Assembly (NCBI GenBank): GCA_023231475.1
Contig: JALJEE010002620.1
Span: 1 to 64,000, forward strand
Direction of reading: 5' to 3'
Length of the DNA: 64,000 bases
From: Seison nebaliae
Taxonomy: Eukaryota
The notes beneath the pieces were generated by a model. That model ran no database searches and was not told the origin of the DNA. It saw nothing but the letters and a program-made list of their open reading frames with translations. Positions 1-10,350 of this stretch are shown in pieces. Each line of letters opens with the position of its first letter. Positions within the stretch are counted from its first letter, which is position 1. Both the position numbers and the translations under genes were made by a program.

Positions 1-2
1 TA

Positions 3-506
3 GATGACGAAGAAACCGACAACGAGGAGGAAATTTATAGTACGACTGTAGAAACTCCAAAGGTCAGGAAAGAATTCGTCACGCTAGGCGAAGCTAGCAT
101 TATGTATGGAGAAACCAATATAAGTTGCAAAAGTTTGACAATGAAGATAAAAGTCAATTGAGTGCCAACAAACTTCTTGGTAGACACAGGCGCTACCGCC
201 ACTGTAATCAGCAGAGAATTGGCAAGAAAATTGAAATTAAGGACAAAACCACAAGCTGGCTTGAAAATAATAACAGCTAATGGAGCCATATGGCTCCAAC
301 GGCAAAATGGTTTCCATATGGAAATCGATGGAACGGCAAAAATAACAATATCCGTTGATAATGAAGATATTGAACTTGAAAGCATCGTAATAGAAAAAGC
401 TAACCATTGCTTAATGGGATACGACCTCATGCAGAAATTGAACATTATAATCGACGTGGCAAACCGAAAACTATTTTCAGAAAAACGCGAAGGTAGAACT
501 GTGTAG
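3..506 (+). pseudogene. Decayed retropepsin-type aspartic protease, probably an LTR-retrotransposon gag-pol remnant; cut by the window start
   Basis: Frame 3 reads ...MKIKVN*VPTNFLVDTGATATVIS...CLMGYDLMQKLNIIID. DTGA is the retropepsin catalytic motif and LMGYDL matches the usual (I/L)LGxD(F/L) motif. TGA at 159-161 sits where these proteases normally have Gly (VNG). No RT or integrase follows the stop at 504-506. Confidence 0.75.
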
Positions 507-1055
507 AACTACCAGAAGTCTATACAGTAGAAAAAGCAAGTTCAAATGAAAAATGCAGAAAGTAGTTGCATAATGCAATAGCATTATTTGTTGTCCATGA
601 AAACTGTCCAGAATTCATTTTTCTTGAAATTCACAATATTTGAAGGATTTAGGATTTGAAAAGAGGAAATATTTACGATTACAACGCATTGTTCTACGTA
701 TTTTCTGACTATTGTTACTACTATTGTAAGATAGTTAGTTATATGATTCCATAGAATTTTAAAAAAAGAATGGTTTAATATTTTTATCATAATCCTTGTA
801 ACTAGTGCAGATGTACAATGACGTGATATAAGTGATAAAAATGATTTGGAAAAATCAACCGCAACTTCTTCGATCAGTTACAACATTCTATTAACATCGA
901 GTACGACAAGAAAATTATTCACTTATCCGACGGAATTGTTTTTAAATAATAAATAATATAATCGGATTGAATGTTTTGTGATACAACTCTATATTAATAA
1001 AATAACTGATATTAACCAACATCGTATATGCTTATCATTATTTTACAGAGTTCAT

Positions 1056-2420
1056 TTAATTTTTATTGATAATTCCTTGAATCCAACTTATATAATTCGG
1101 CAAGTTGGTATAAACACCGTAACCGTCGCAGTTAGTTGTTAATCCATAACTTGTGAGACCGTATAAAGTCCATTTTCCGTTTTCTTGTCGAGCCAATGGT
1201 CCACCACTATCGCCTCCACAAGAATCTTGGTTTTCATCCGGATCTCCAGCACATAACTGTGAAGTGGTTTCTGATGATGGTATGCTACAAGTGGCATCAG
1301 TTCTTGTATTGATTTCAACCGATCGTAAATCATTTGATGGTGCTCCAGTGCCATCTTCAATATACAAATTTCGAAGAAGGTGGTTAAGGATAATTTTTTG
1401 AAAATTAATTACGTATAACCTTCTGTTGTTCTTCCCCAACCAGATACTGTTACTTCATTATTTGCACCCAATTTAGTCGTACCCAAACACACGGGAGCAA
1501 TTCTATCCGTATAAGTCAAAGGACTTGATAATTTTATTAAGCTTATATCATTCACTAAACGTTGTTGAGTAGTTGTAAAACCAGAATGCTGCAAAGAAAA
1601 GATGAATTTTTATAAAAATAGAGCCAGAACTAAAATATCATTAACCGTAAAAGTTTTTGCAGATTTCTTCGTTACTTCTCCCGTATCAGGATCATCGATA
1701 TCACTGTTACCTGCTATTACTGTAATATCTCCAACACTGACAATAATTCAAAGTAAGAATATTTAAAAACAAAAAAAAATTAACGCATTTCTCAAACAAT
1801 GAGCGGCTGTTACTATCCAATACTCATTAATTATCGATCCACCACATAATCCAGTAATTCCTAATAGATATTGTGATAGAAAATATTCATATTTTTACTA
1901 ACCATTTTTAGTTATGAACAATGTAACAATATGTGGAACTGAAGTTGGTTGAACAACATTTCCATTAACTATTCTCGATTTAGCCGATCTTCCCACTCCA
2001 CAATCGATCGGAACTATTGAAAGACATTCAAAATTTGAATATTTACGGAGCATTTCGTGAAATTCTAACGAGAATTTGCTATGACATTTGCACTGTTACC
2101 AGTGACTGTTGTGTCAGACGCACTTGTTGCACTATTACTACTACTACTGCTACTTGCTGGAATAAAGTAAAATAAAAATATTCATAATAAAGGAAAACAA
2201 TCACTTGATCCATAAATTGCGGCAATGACTCCACCTATCACTGCTCCAACAAGCAATAACATGAGTAAACCGAAAATTCTAGAAAGATAAATATTGGCGA
2301 ATAATTTCAATTGATATCAAACAAGGCAGTAGGAATTCGTTTCTTACGAGGTTCTTGCACATAACCGAAATTATCATTGAATCCATAATAGTATAATGGG
2401 TAATCTGATATTGCATACAT
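1056..2420 (-). CDS. Type II transmembrane trypsin-like (S1A) serine protease, 8 exons
   Basis: Introns at 2279-2322, 2157-2198, 2014-2069, 1861-1902, 1737-1784, 1589-1645 and 1355-1419 (all GTT..AG on the - strand) give one frame: short N-tail, hydrophobic segment (LIFGLLMLLLVGAVIGGVIAAIY), Ser-rich stem, activation site CGVGRSAKSR-IVNG, then VTAAHC, NDISLIKL and QDSCGGDSGGP (Asp in the S1 pocket). Confidence 0.92.
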
Positions 2421-2509
2421 TATTCCTCAATAAATTTAAACTCATCAAATTTTCAAAACTTTAATTATTGGACATTTAATATCTTATCCAACTAACGCTT
2501 CTTTCGATT

Positions 2510-2534
2510 GTATGACGTGCCTCTTACGTCATAC
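2510..2534. promoter_or_regulatory. Inverted pair of CRE/ATF-like sites upstream of the protease gene
   Basis: gtatgacgt-gcctctt-acgtcatac is a perfect 9-bp inverted repeat, each arm carrying TGACGT, about 90 bp upstream of the ATG at 2420. Function is inferred only. Confidence 0.35.
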
Positions 2535-3125
2535 TAAAAGATTTGAATAATAATGTTTATTTTATCTACCAATTTCAATTGAGTTTCCTATTCCTATAAC
2601 CATCGTGTAGTCGATAGACATTAGCTAATCTGTATGTGTGACAAATCATGAAACTTAAATTTTCCTAAAATTATTACTGACCTCTTCAAGGAAAACATAT
2701 TAGTTAACATTCTAGAATTCAATTTTGTCATTTTATTAATTTTAACCAATAAATTTTAAAAAAATCTCCAAAAATATAATATACAAATTTTACTTGTAAG
2801 TAAAAATTTATTTGAATGGCAATTTCCAATTGATTAAAATATTTGCATTATAATACAATTATAAAATATATTTATCGATAACTATATCGCTAAAAGATAA
2901 CTTTCTCCAAAGCCATGTTCTTTTTATTAAGCCATTAATATTATTTTTAAATTAAACGAATTAAAGTCATTAAAAACAAATACTATAAAAACAATATATT
3001 ATATAAATTAATCAATATCATATTTGTAGAATGTTCAATTGAAACACACTTAAACGTCAAAAAATGGAGAATAATTTAATGGAGATTCCTTTAGGGATCG
3101 ATCGTCGTTGGTTCGGTGTACATAT

Positions 3126-4955
3126 TTAAATTTTACGAATTTTCACTTGATTAGAAATCTCCAGTCTCTTGTATGATGTAGGAGAAATTTTCCTTTTTGG
3201 TTCATTATAACCTTCAACTAAAACCGGTTTCACAATTTCTCGAAGTTGTTCAATATCTTTTCCATATGATACTTCTTCATGCCAAAATGTCTCGGTAATG
3301 ATGGCATTACTTAGCTCACTGCTATATTTACTAGATAGAACTCTTTTCAAATTTTTTACCTTATTCACATTATCATCATTTATTAAATACCATTCACTGA
3401 GTTCGGTAAACGATCTGACTATCGACATCGAATGACCTTCACCCTCAAAATATTTATTGCCAAATTTTATCGCTTTATTTCTCTTAATATTTTTCTTTGC
3501 TGCTTTCCGTCGATCGAACATCTCAATTACTGCAAGCATTTCATAATGTAATGCAGAATGAATAATATCTTTTATTTTCTTTTCAACCAGTTTAATCTGA
3601 TCCTCATTCAATTCATGAAGTTTATTCAAATCATATCTATTAAGTAATTCATTTCTACGCAATGAACGTATTTCGAATATATCATTAGTCCTTCTCATAC
3701 GAGAATTAAAAAGTTGGAAACCAAATGTCTTCGTTTCCAAACAGAAATGGAACGCGTATAGTTTATAAGACACTTTCTTATCATTTGAGTGGAAACCTCG
3801 AAATTGTTCTTGATTTATCAATTCGTTTCCATTCCATAAACGAGGAGATAATCTGGATCGATATGGTGAGAAAGTAATATTGTTTTGAGGAATTGGAAAG
3901 AAAATTTCATCGAGAATCGATTTTGTAATATTTTCATTCTCTTTTATTGTTTTAATTATGTTCTTGAACATTTTATCAATCTTTTTAATTGTACTTCGAG
4001 AAAGTTCAACAGTAAAATATTCGCCCAACCAACTACTTTCTGGAACAATAAAAATTTTCGGATAATCGAACTCTCTAACAATTTCACTACATTTCTCATT
4101 TACCCACGGTAAATGATCGAGTACTCTAGTGTTAAACAATTGATTGTTGAGAGAATCAAGATAATCTGATAATGTTCCATCTAAATTAATATAATGTTTC
4201 TGGACTTCTGCGGTTAAGAAATGTACGTGAAGTAAATGAATTGAAGGATAATAAGCAACAAAAGTGTTCTTTGGAAAAATTGAGAAAAGTTGAAAATTTC
4301 TCATTCGATGAATTTCTCCATTTTCAATGAAAATTATTTGTGCAGTTTCATTCCTCTCAATATCATCGGGTCCCAGAAACAGATGATGAATTAGAAAACT
4401 TAACGAGTTACTTAATTGCATTTGCAATTGACTCGATTGTAAAAATTTAAGAATATGTTTACATATTTCTCCTTGGATCATTGAAGAGTTTTGTGTTTGA
4501 TTTTTTCTTTTAACTATTTTTTCGGGATCATTCTTTTTGAAAGAAACTAATTTATAGAAATTATGTAGACAAAAACTTTCATTCCCAATATTTCCTTGGG
4601 AAGATGAATATCCATGAGAATATCGATCAGTTTTGTGCATTCCTCTTAATGTCAATACTTCATGCTTTAAAAACGTGTATGGAAAATGTGAAGGTAATTT
4701 GTAAATGTTGAAATATTCCGTAAAATTAATTCTGTTTAACAAATTACAAGTATCTCCTCGACATTCATTATTCTCCCATAGCTTTCTTAACAGAAAAGGA
4801 GAGAACATTATTATCTGCAGACAAGATATTGATAAACATTGTCCAAATGTATTACGAATAGCTGGTGGTGGAAGAAAAGGATTTCTAATTTCATCATTCT
4901 CTGATTCATCTTTCTCCAAATCGCCCTCTATAATCCTAGTTTTTCTTGTTAACAT
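3126..4955 (-). CDS. Hypothetical protein, 609 aa, single exon
   Basis: A 1.83-kb uninterrupted ATG-initiated ORF in very AT-rich DNA is unlikely by chance. I recognise no domain. Confidence 0.7.
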   Translation of the reverse strand: MLTRKTRIIEGDLEKDESENDEIRNPFLPPPAIRNTFGQCLSISCLQIIMFSPFLLRKLWENNECRGDTCNLLNRINFTEYFNIYKLPSHFPYTFLKHEVLTLRGMHKTDRYSHGYSSSQGNIGNESFCLHNFYKLVSFKKNDPEKIVKRKNQTQNSSMIQGEICKHILKFLQSSQLQMQLSNSLSFLIHHLFLGPDDIERNETAQIIFIENGEIHRMRNFQLFSIFPKNTFVAYYPSIHLLHVHFLTAEVQKHYINLDGTLSDYLDSLNNQLFNTRVLDHLPWVNEKCSEIVREFDYPKIFIVPESSWLGEYFTVELSRSTIKKIDKMFKNIIKTIKENENITKSILDEIFFPIPQNNITFSPYRSRLSPRLWNGNELINQEQFRGFHSNDKKVSYKLYAFHFCLETKTFGFQLFNSRMRRTNDIFEIRSLRRNELLNRYDLNKLHELNEDQIKLVEKKIKDIIHSALHYEMLAVIEMFDRRKAAKKNIKRNKAIKFGNKYFEGEGHSMSIVRSFTELSEWYLINDDNVNKVKNLKRVLSSKYSSELSNAIITETFWHEEVSYGKDIEQLREIVKPVLVEGYNEPKRKISPTSYKRLEISNQVKIRKI

Positions 4956-5293
4956 TAAACCTTAAGCTTACTGACACTAAAAACAATTTCTAAGACTATC
5001 TAATAACATAAAGAACAGTAAGAACTAAAATTTAAGAATGAAAAATGTAAATGAAAAACAAAATGTTAAGCAATTTGTTCTTGTCAAAAAAAAAAAATAA
5101 ACTAATTTCAATAGTGGAAACAATTAAGATTTGTCATAAATTGCCTTAACAATTTCCATATTTTGATTTACATTACAATTTTATAGTGAAATTGAAAATT
5201 TTTCAACTTGAACGATTAATATATATATATTAAAAGTGTAAATTCATTTAAACTATTTAAATAGTTGGCATCGGTTATAGTATCCTCAGTGAA

Positions 5294-6112
5294 ATGCCGA
5301 GAATCAATCACTTGAAGAATGCTAAAGGTACTGGTCCACATGCCTGGTGGCGATATGGTTATCTTCGTCAATTATATCGTCGAAGAGAACAAGCAGGTCC
5401 GGAAATCGAATTATTGAGATCTCAACAAACCAATTGGAATACTGTAGCAGAATTATCAGCTCTAAATGAAAGATTTGGTTTCAACAAGAGAATTATCAAT
5501 GAAAAATTTATCCATCAATCTCTATCGAAAAAGAAAGAGGAGATACAATTGAAAAAAATCGAAAGTTTCTTAAATGAAATGTGTAAAGAAGTATTTCCTA
5601 AATTGCCGAACAACAGACGAGATCGTTTAGTGGATTATCTTTGTAAGAATGAAACTTTGAAACAAATCGGAACTGATTATCATTTACATTCACTTCTTCC
5701 TAAAGGTGAAGATGTTTCTCTTATTATGATGTCACTTTTGGAGATATTATCGAAAGAATATGACGATGAATCGTTGAAGAGATTTTTAGTGAATTTCCAA
5801 TTGAAACGATTGATGGATGAAGATATAATTGATATCGTTATCGATTCGATTGATGATGGAAAATCAATAATGAAAGATTTATATGGAAATGAGTTAGAAC
5901 GACGATTAATTCATCGATGTATAAATGGAATTTATTCTTCTTTCATCATTGGACAATATGTTAATAGGAAGTTAGTGGGAGAAGGTTGTGGTGCTAGTTT
6001 GATGGAAGCGGAAGAGAATTCATTAATAGATGGAGTTATTCGTCATTTCGAATTGGATCTTTCCAATAATTTTCGTTTACATCGTTTACTTATGAGAAAT
6101 TTGAATAAATAA
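5294..6112 (+). CDS. MRPL44: Mitochondrial large-subunit ribosomal protein mL44
   Basis: RRREQAGPE..LRSQQTNWNTVAELSALNERFG resembles the conserved mL44 N-terminal block (GPE..PRS..NWNY.AEL.AF..RL). The C-terminal FIIGQYVNRKLVGEGCGASLMEAEE is a dsRBD-like end. Intronless. Confidence 0.85.
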   Translation: MPRINHLKNAKGTGPHAWWRYGYLRQLYRRREQAGPEIELLRSQQTNWNTVAELSALNERFGFNKRIINEKFIHQSLSKKKEEIQLKKIESFLNEMCKEVFPKLPNNRRDRLVDYLCKNETLKQIGTDYHLHSLLPKGEDVSLIMMSLLEILSKEYDDESLKRFLVNFQLKRLMDEDIIDIVIDSIDDGKSIMKDLYGNELERRLIHRCINGIYSSFIIGQYVNRKLVGEGCGASLMEAEENSLIDGVIRHFELDLSNNFRLHRLLMRNLNK

Positions 6113-6122
6113 AATTTTATTT
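6107..6122. terminator. Palindromic, bidirectional poly(A)-signal element between convergent genes
   Basis: aaataaaattttattt is a perfect 16-bp palindrome giving AATAAA on both strands. It overlaps the MRPL44 stop and abuts the xylosyltransferase stop; the two CDS ends are 9 bp apart. Confidence 0.6.
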
Positions 6123-8653
6123 TATGCTTCTAAATTTATTTCATTCAATTTCAAATAATTCCAAGAACAATTATTGGAGAATGATGAAATTAAATTTAAA
6201 TTTTCAATTTTCTTCCTCAATTCCCAATCGGAATTCTCATCAATTCTCATTTGACAATAATTGACATCGAATAAATTTCTCTCATAATATTTGGGAGTAT
6301 TTTGATGAAAATAATAAAAATATTGAAAGAATAATCCCAGCCAATTATCATCAATCCAAATTTCGAATATAATTCGAATTATATTCCCTGAAATATTTCC
6401 CATCAATTCAATTTCATCAATCAAAATTATCGATCTAGAATAAATTTCCGTTTGATTCGTTTCCAATTGAATGAGTTGTCCTTCTTTAATAATTTGATTC
6501 AATTCTCCATTCTCTTCTTTCAAACGTATTCGATAAGGAATATTCTCCTTCTTCATTTGGATCGATGTTATCCAGAGAACTAATGTCAATACTCGATATC
6601 GATTAATGATAGACAAAGGAATTTTTGATTTGAACGAATTGGAATGATAATCATAATCATAACCAAATCTGAATGATCTCAATTTGAACCATCCATTCTT
6701 CAAATCGAATATTTGAGAATTCAATTTGAAATTCTTTTGAGAATAAGTTAAATTGAGGAAAATGATGGAAATCAATTGACATCGTCTGATATGAGGGAAG
6801 AATATTCTCTCTTTAATTTCACTGAACAAATTAAATTGGAAGATGTATGATTGAAAATGATCTAAATTGAACAACTTTAACAATTTCATATTTGTCAAAT
6901 AGAAAAAATGATTTTTATTCATTTCCATTTTTATCCTCAATTTTCCATCAATCTTCCAATTGATGATATTGAATCGTTTTCTAATGATCTTTAAGAAAAT
7001 GTTATAGAATAATAAATCCGTTTCTTTTTCATTCGATTGTACGAATGTTTTCATTTGTAATCGATTCTTCATTTTTCTTAATCGAAAAATGACGAAATTT
7101 ATGATTTGTTGACTTTTTTCCTCGTCGAATTTCCTCGCCAACAAATAACCGTGGTTCTTCAATAGACTGTTCACAATCACTTGATCTGTCAATTGTTTAT
7201 TATGGAAATTCGTTAGAGAATTCCAAGTGAAAGTTTTCGGCGATTTCCCACAAACTTCACTTCGATATTGATTCCGTTTGAGACAATGTTTCTGATTCAT
7301 CTCCTTCTGATCGTCGATATTCCAATAAATAAATCTCAAATTATTTCCAATAACATTCTCACAATATCTCGTATTATATGTCACTAAATGGAAAAATGTC
7401 TAATTTTAATTGAATTATGAAAAATTGAATTATTAAGAAGGAAAAGAAACTTCTGAAGACATAAAACTATTTAAAGAGAATTTATAAAATTTGGAAACTA
7501 TCGAAAATTCTTTTTGAAAATTCTCGACTAAATATTCGATGAAATTTTTATTCAAAATAAACCAATCACTTCCACCTTCTAATAGGAAACCTGTTCAGAT
7601 GAAAAATGATAATTAATAAATAATTTAGAAAAAATTTTTAAATTTTCAACCGAAAGGGAAAGATCGATAATGGTCATGAATAACTTTCTCTTTTTCATGA
7701 TTCTCTCTGATCGAGAACGATATGGCTTGTGTTTGATAGAACTTGATAATTTGTTCGTTCAAATCATTCTTCTTCGTTTGATGAGATGATAAGAAATTCT
7801 TTTTTTTATTTACACATAGAAAATGTTGGATATATTCCAACGATTTCATGGGCAGATCAGATTCACTTAAATTAATGATAAAATTCCATGAAATATTTAG
7901 ATGAGTGATAATGTAATTGAATGAATAAAATTGCATTTCCAATATGGACATGCCTCCCCAAAGACAATTGAAACGACGTGGAAGGAAATAAATATTTGAA
8001 TATTTCTTCAGACGAAATTTGAACTCCCACAAATCATCTCCCAATTTCTCGTCGAGATGAATCAGATAAAGATGTTGAAATGAGTAAATGAGTTTTAATA
8101 AATTTATCATTTGTTGAGTTCGATGAGTTGAGAATTGGAGAAAGAAAATTATACGAAAATTCTTATCAGAACAATTTGTAATTTTATAATTTTGAATGAG
8201 TTCTTTAATATCGGATGAGATGACGGAATTGGATCGATATGAAGTTTTTAATATTGTGAATAAGTTTTTCGATTTTACAAGTGTCTCATTATCACTTGTC
8301 GATAATAATTCGTTAGAACAGAAACAACTTTTTTGAGAAAGTAATTTCTCATTTTCCAGATGATGATATGTTTCTTTTGTCCAATATGCAAATTTTGAAT
8401 GGAATGTGAAACAAATTCTCGCACAGAATTCAAACGATTTTGCATCATTTTTAATTAATCGATCGATATCTGATTTGATCAATTTGAAGGAAAATAATTT
8501 TTTCGTGTCATTGGAATGAAGTGGAACATTCTCTCTGATGATTTGCCATGATGAACCTGTTCGGAATAATTCACATTCACCACCAAATAAGAATTGATTT
8601 GTGAGAATTGGTGGATAATTAATTAATAATATGATCAATAATTCACTAAACAT
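6122..8653 (-). CDS. XYLT: Peptide O-xylosyltransferase (GT14; XYLT/oxt/sqv-6 family), 3 exons
   Basis: N-terminal hydrophobic segment and a Cys-rich WSC-like region, then GT14 motifs HLYLIHLD, WGGMSIL and WNFIINLSESDLP. Introns 7591-7650 and 7400-7450 restore GGSDWFILN and SSE|TFFHLV..C....NNLRFIYWN, followed by CGKSP and LARKFD. Confidence 0.85.
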
Positions 8654-9033
8654 GTTTGGGAATTATGAATAAGCATTCACTATTTTATTTCATTCTCACA
8701 TAATATTCTCATTCATCCATTGTGCAACTGTTAGAATTTATAATGAGACTTAATCATTCAGAAAGATCGTAACAGAGAATTTATGTGTTGAAATATTCCC
8801 ATTAATCTCTTTTACATTTCCATTAGTTTCACAAGGAAATTTTCTGTGGAGACTTCATTAGACATATCTTTCTACTCTTTGTTTTCATTTTCGACAATAG
8901 AAATGATTAATAACAATAACCAATTATGTGTTGGATGAATTACATTTCTCTCATTTTATTATTGAATTGATTAATTGAGAAATTTTTTATGGAATCATTT
9001 TAAGCTTAAATTCAAATTATTACCATGTTTATC

Positions 9034-9049
9034 TATATATATATATATA
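9034..9049. repeat. (TA)8 microsatellite
   Basis: tatatatatatatata in the intergenic region between XYLT and the 9424 ORF. Confidence 0.7.
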
Positions 9050-9423
9050 ATATATAAATTCATATAAAAATGTTAAGTCTTCTTAATGGTCATTAAGCTT
9101 CGAATGGATAAAAGGAAGAGATCTTATATTCATATTATTAAAATTGATTTTATCTTATTTTATGGGGCAATTTGATGAATATAAATTATTTTAATATAAA
9201 TTTCTAAAAATTTCTATGGAAACTGTTTGGGGATAAATGATTGATATGTATTGATTGGGAAAATAAAATTGAGTTTATCAATTAGGGGGGAAAATTTATT
9301 GTTTTTTTTGTTTCATTAACAATTTCAATTGATTTGAAGTCAAATCTATTTTTTGTTCTTTCTCCTCAATTTACTTTCAACTTATTTTAGTTATTATTAC
9401 ATCAATTCTTCTTTTTGTCCATA

Positions 9424-9900
9424 ATGAATACAAAGTGCCTTGTTGATCGGTGTGGTGCACCCAAACCAAGGTTAAGGGGAGAAGAATTATTGAGATATTT
9501 ACCGCAAGTTCGTCATGATAAAGAAGCTTTCGACGATGTTTGTGATTATAGTAGAAAGACGAGACACGTGAGAGATGAGAATTATCCAGGAAGAATGGCC
9601 GAAATGGCACAAAAAAGTAATATTCCATGTATGCATGAAACGATGAGATTTTGTCAAAAACCGAAAATTATGAAAGTCTCTAAATGTACAGGACCGATAG
9701 TGGACGATGAGATATCGTTGTCTGACAGTCTCCGCAAAGACATCGACCAATATAACACAACTGACAAGTCGAACATGAGTTCCCTATTGGCCAGTTTCAT
9801 CTACAACGTCAGTAATACAAATGGTGCTATCGATGTGACGGTACGGAAAAGGGAACTAGAAAAATTAGGAAAGTCGTGTAGGAATCCGTGTTGTCCATAA
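9424..9900 (+). CDS. Hypothetical protein, ~158 aa, single exon
   Basis: ATG at 9424 opens an ORF that is more GC-rich than its flanks and ends CRNPCCP. No recognised domain. Confidence 0.55.
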   Translation: MNTKCLVDRCGAPKPRLRGEELLRYLPQVRHDKEAFDDVCDYSRKTRHVRDENYPGRMAEMAQKSNIPCMHETMRFCQKPKIMKVSKCTGPIVDDEISLSDSLRKDIDQYNTTDKSNMSSLLASFIYNVSNTNGAIDVTVRKRELEKLGKSCRNPCCP

Positions 9901-10350
9901 CTTGTTACTACTGAATTGGAGGAGCAGATTGACAGATGAATTTTATTTTATATGTTAAATTTTCCAGAGACATAAGTGTAAATATATCATTTGATGGCAG
10001 TGTGTTTAGATCTACATTTCTCCATTTTAGCAAATAAAACAGAGGTTGACTACTCTTGATCTAATTTTCTAATCCTTCTATCAATACGAGAGAGCAGTTA
10101 GAATGATTGACTATCGTCAACTCATCTTCTCACTTTCATTTCTCTCTCCCTCCCCATTTCCATACATTTCTGTATCCGTATCATATTCAACATTTCTATA
10201 TCACACTAGAATGAAAGTGTTTGTCTAATGAGAATTAAGAGGTCTTATCAAAGAATCATGATCATTACCTTCTTAATTAGTCGAAAGATTAACTGATCAT
10301 ATCTAGCTTTGTTTCTCACTTCCATTCCCAACATAATACCATCAAGAACA

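Noticed and set aside
159..161. In-frame TGA as evidence of stop-codon reassignment or programmed readthrough
   Set aside because: It is a single case in a decayed element. All other genes translate with the standard code, TGG encodes Trp, and TGA ends the MLK gene.
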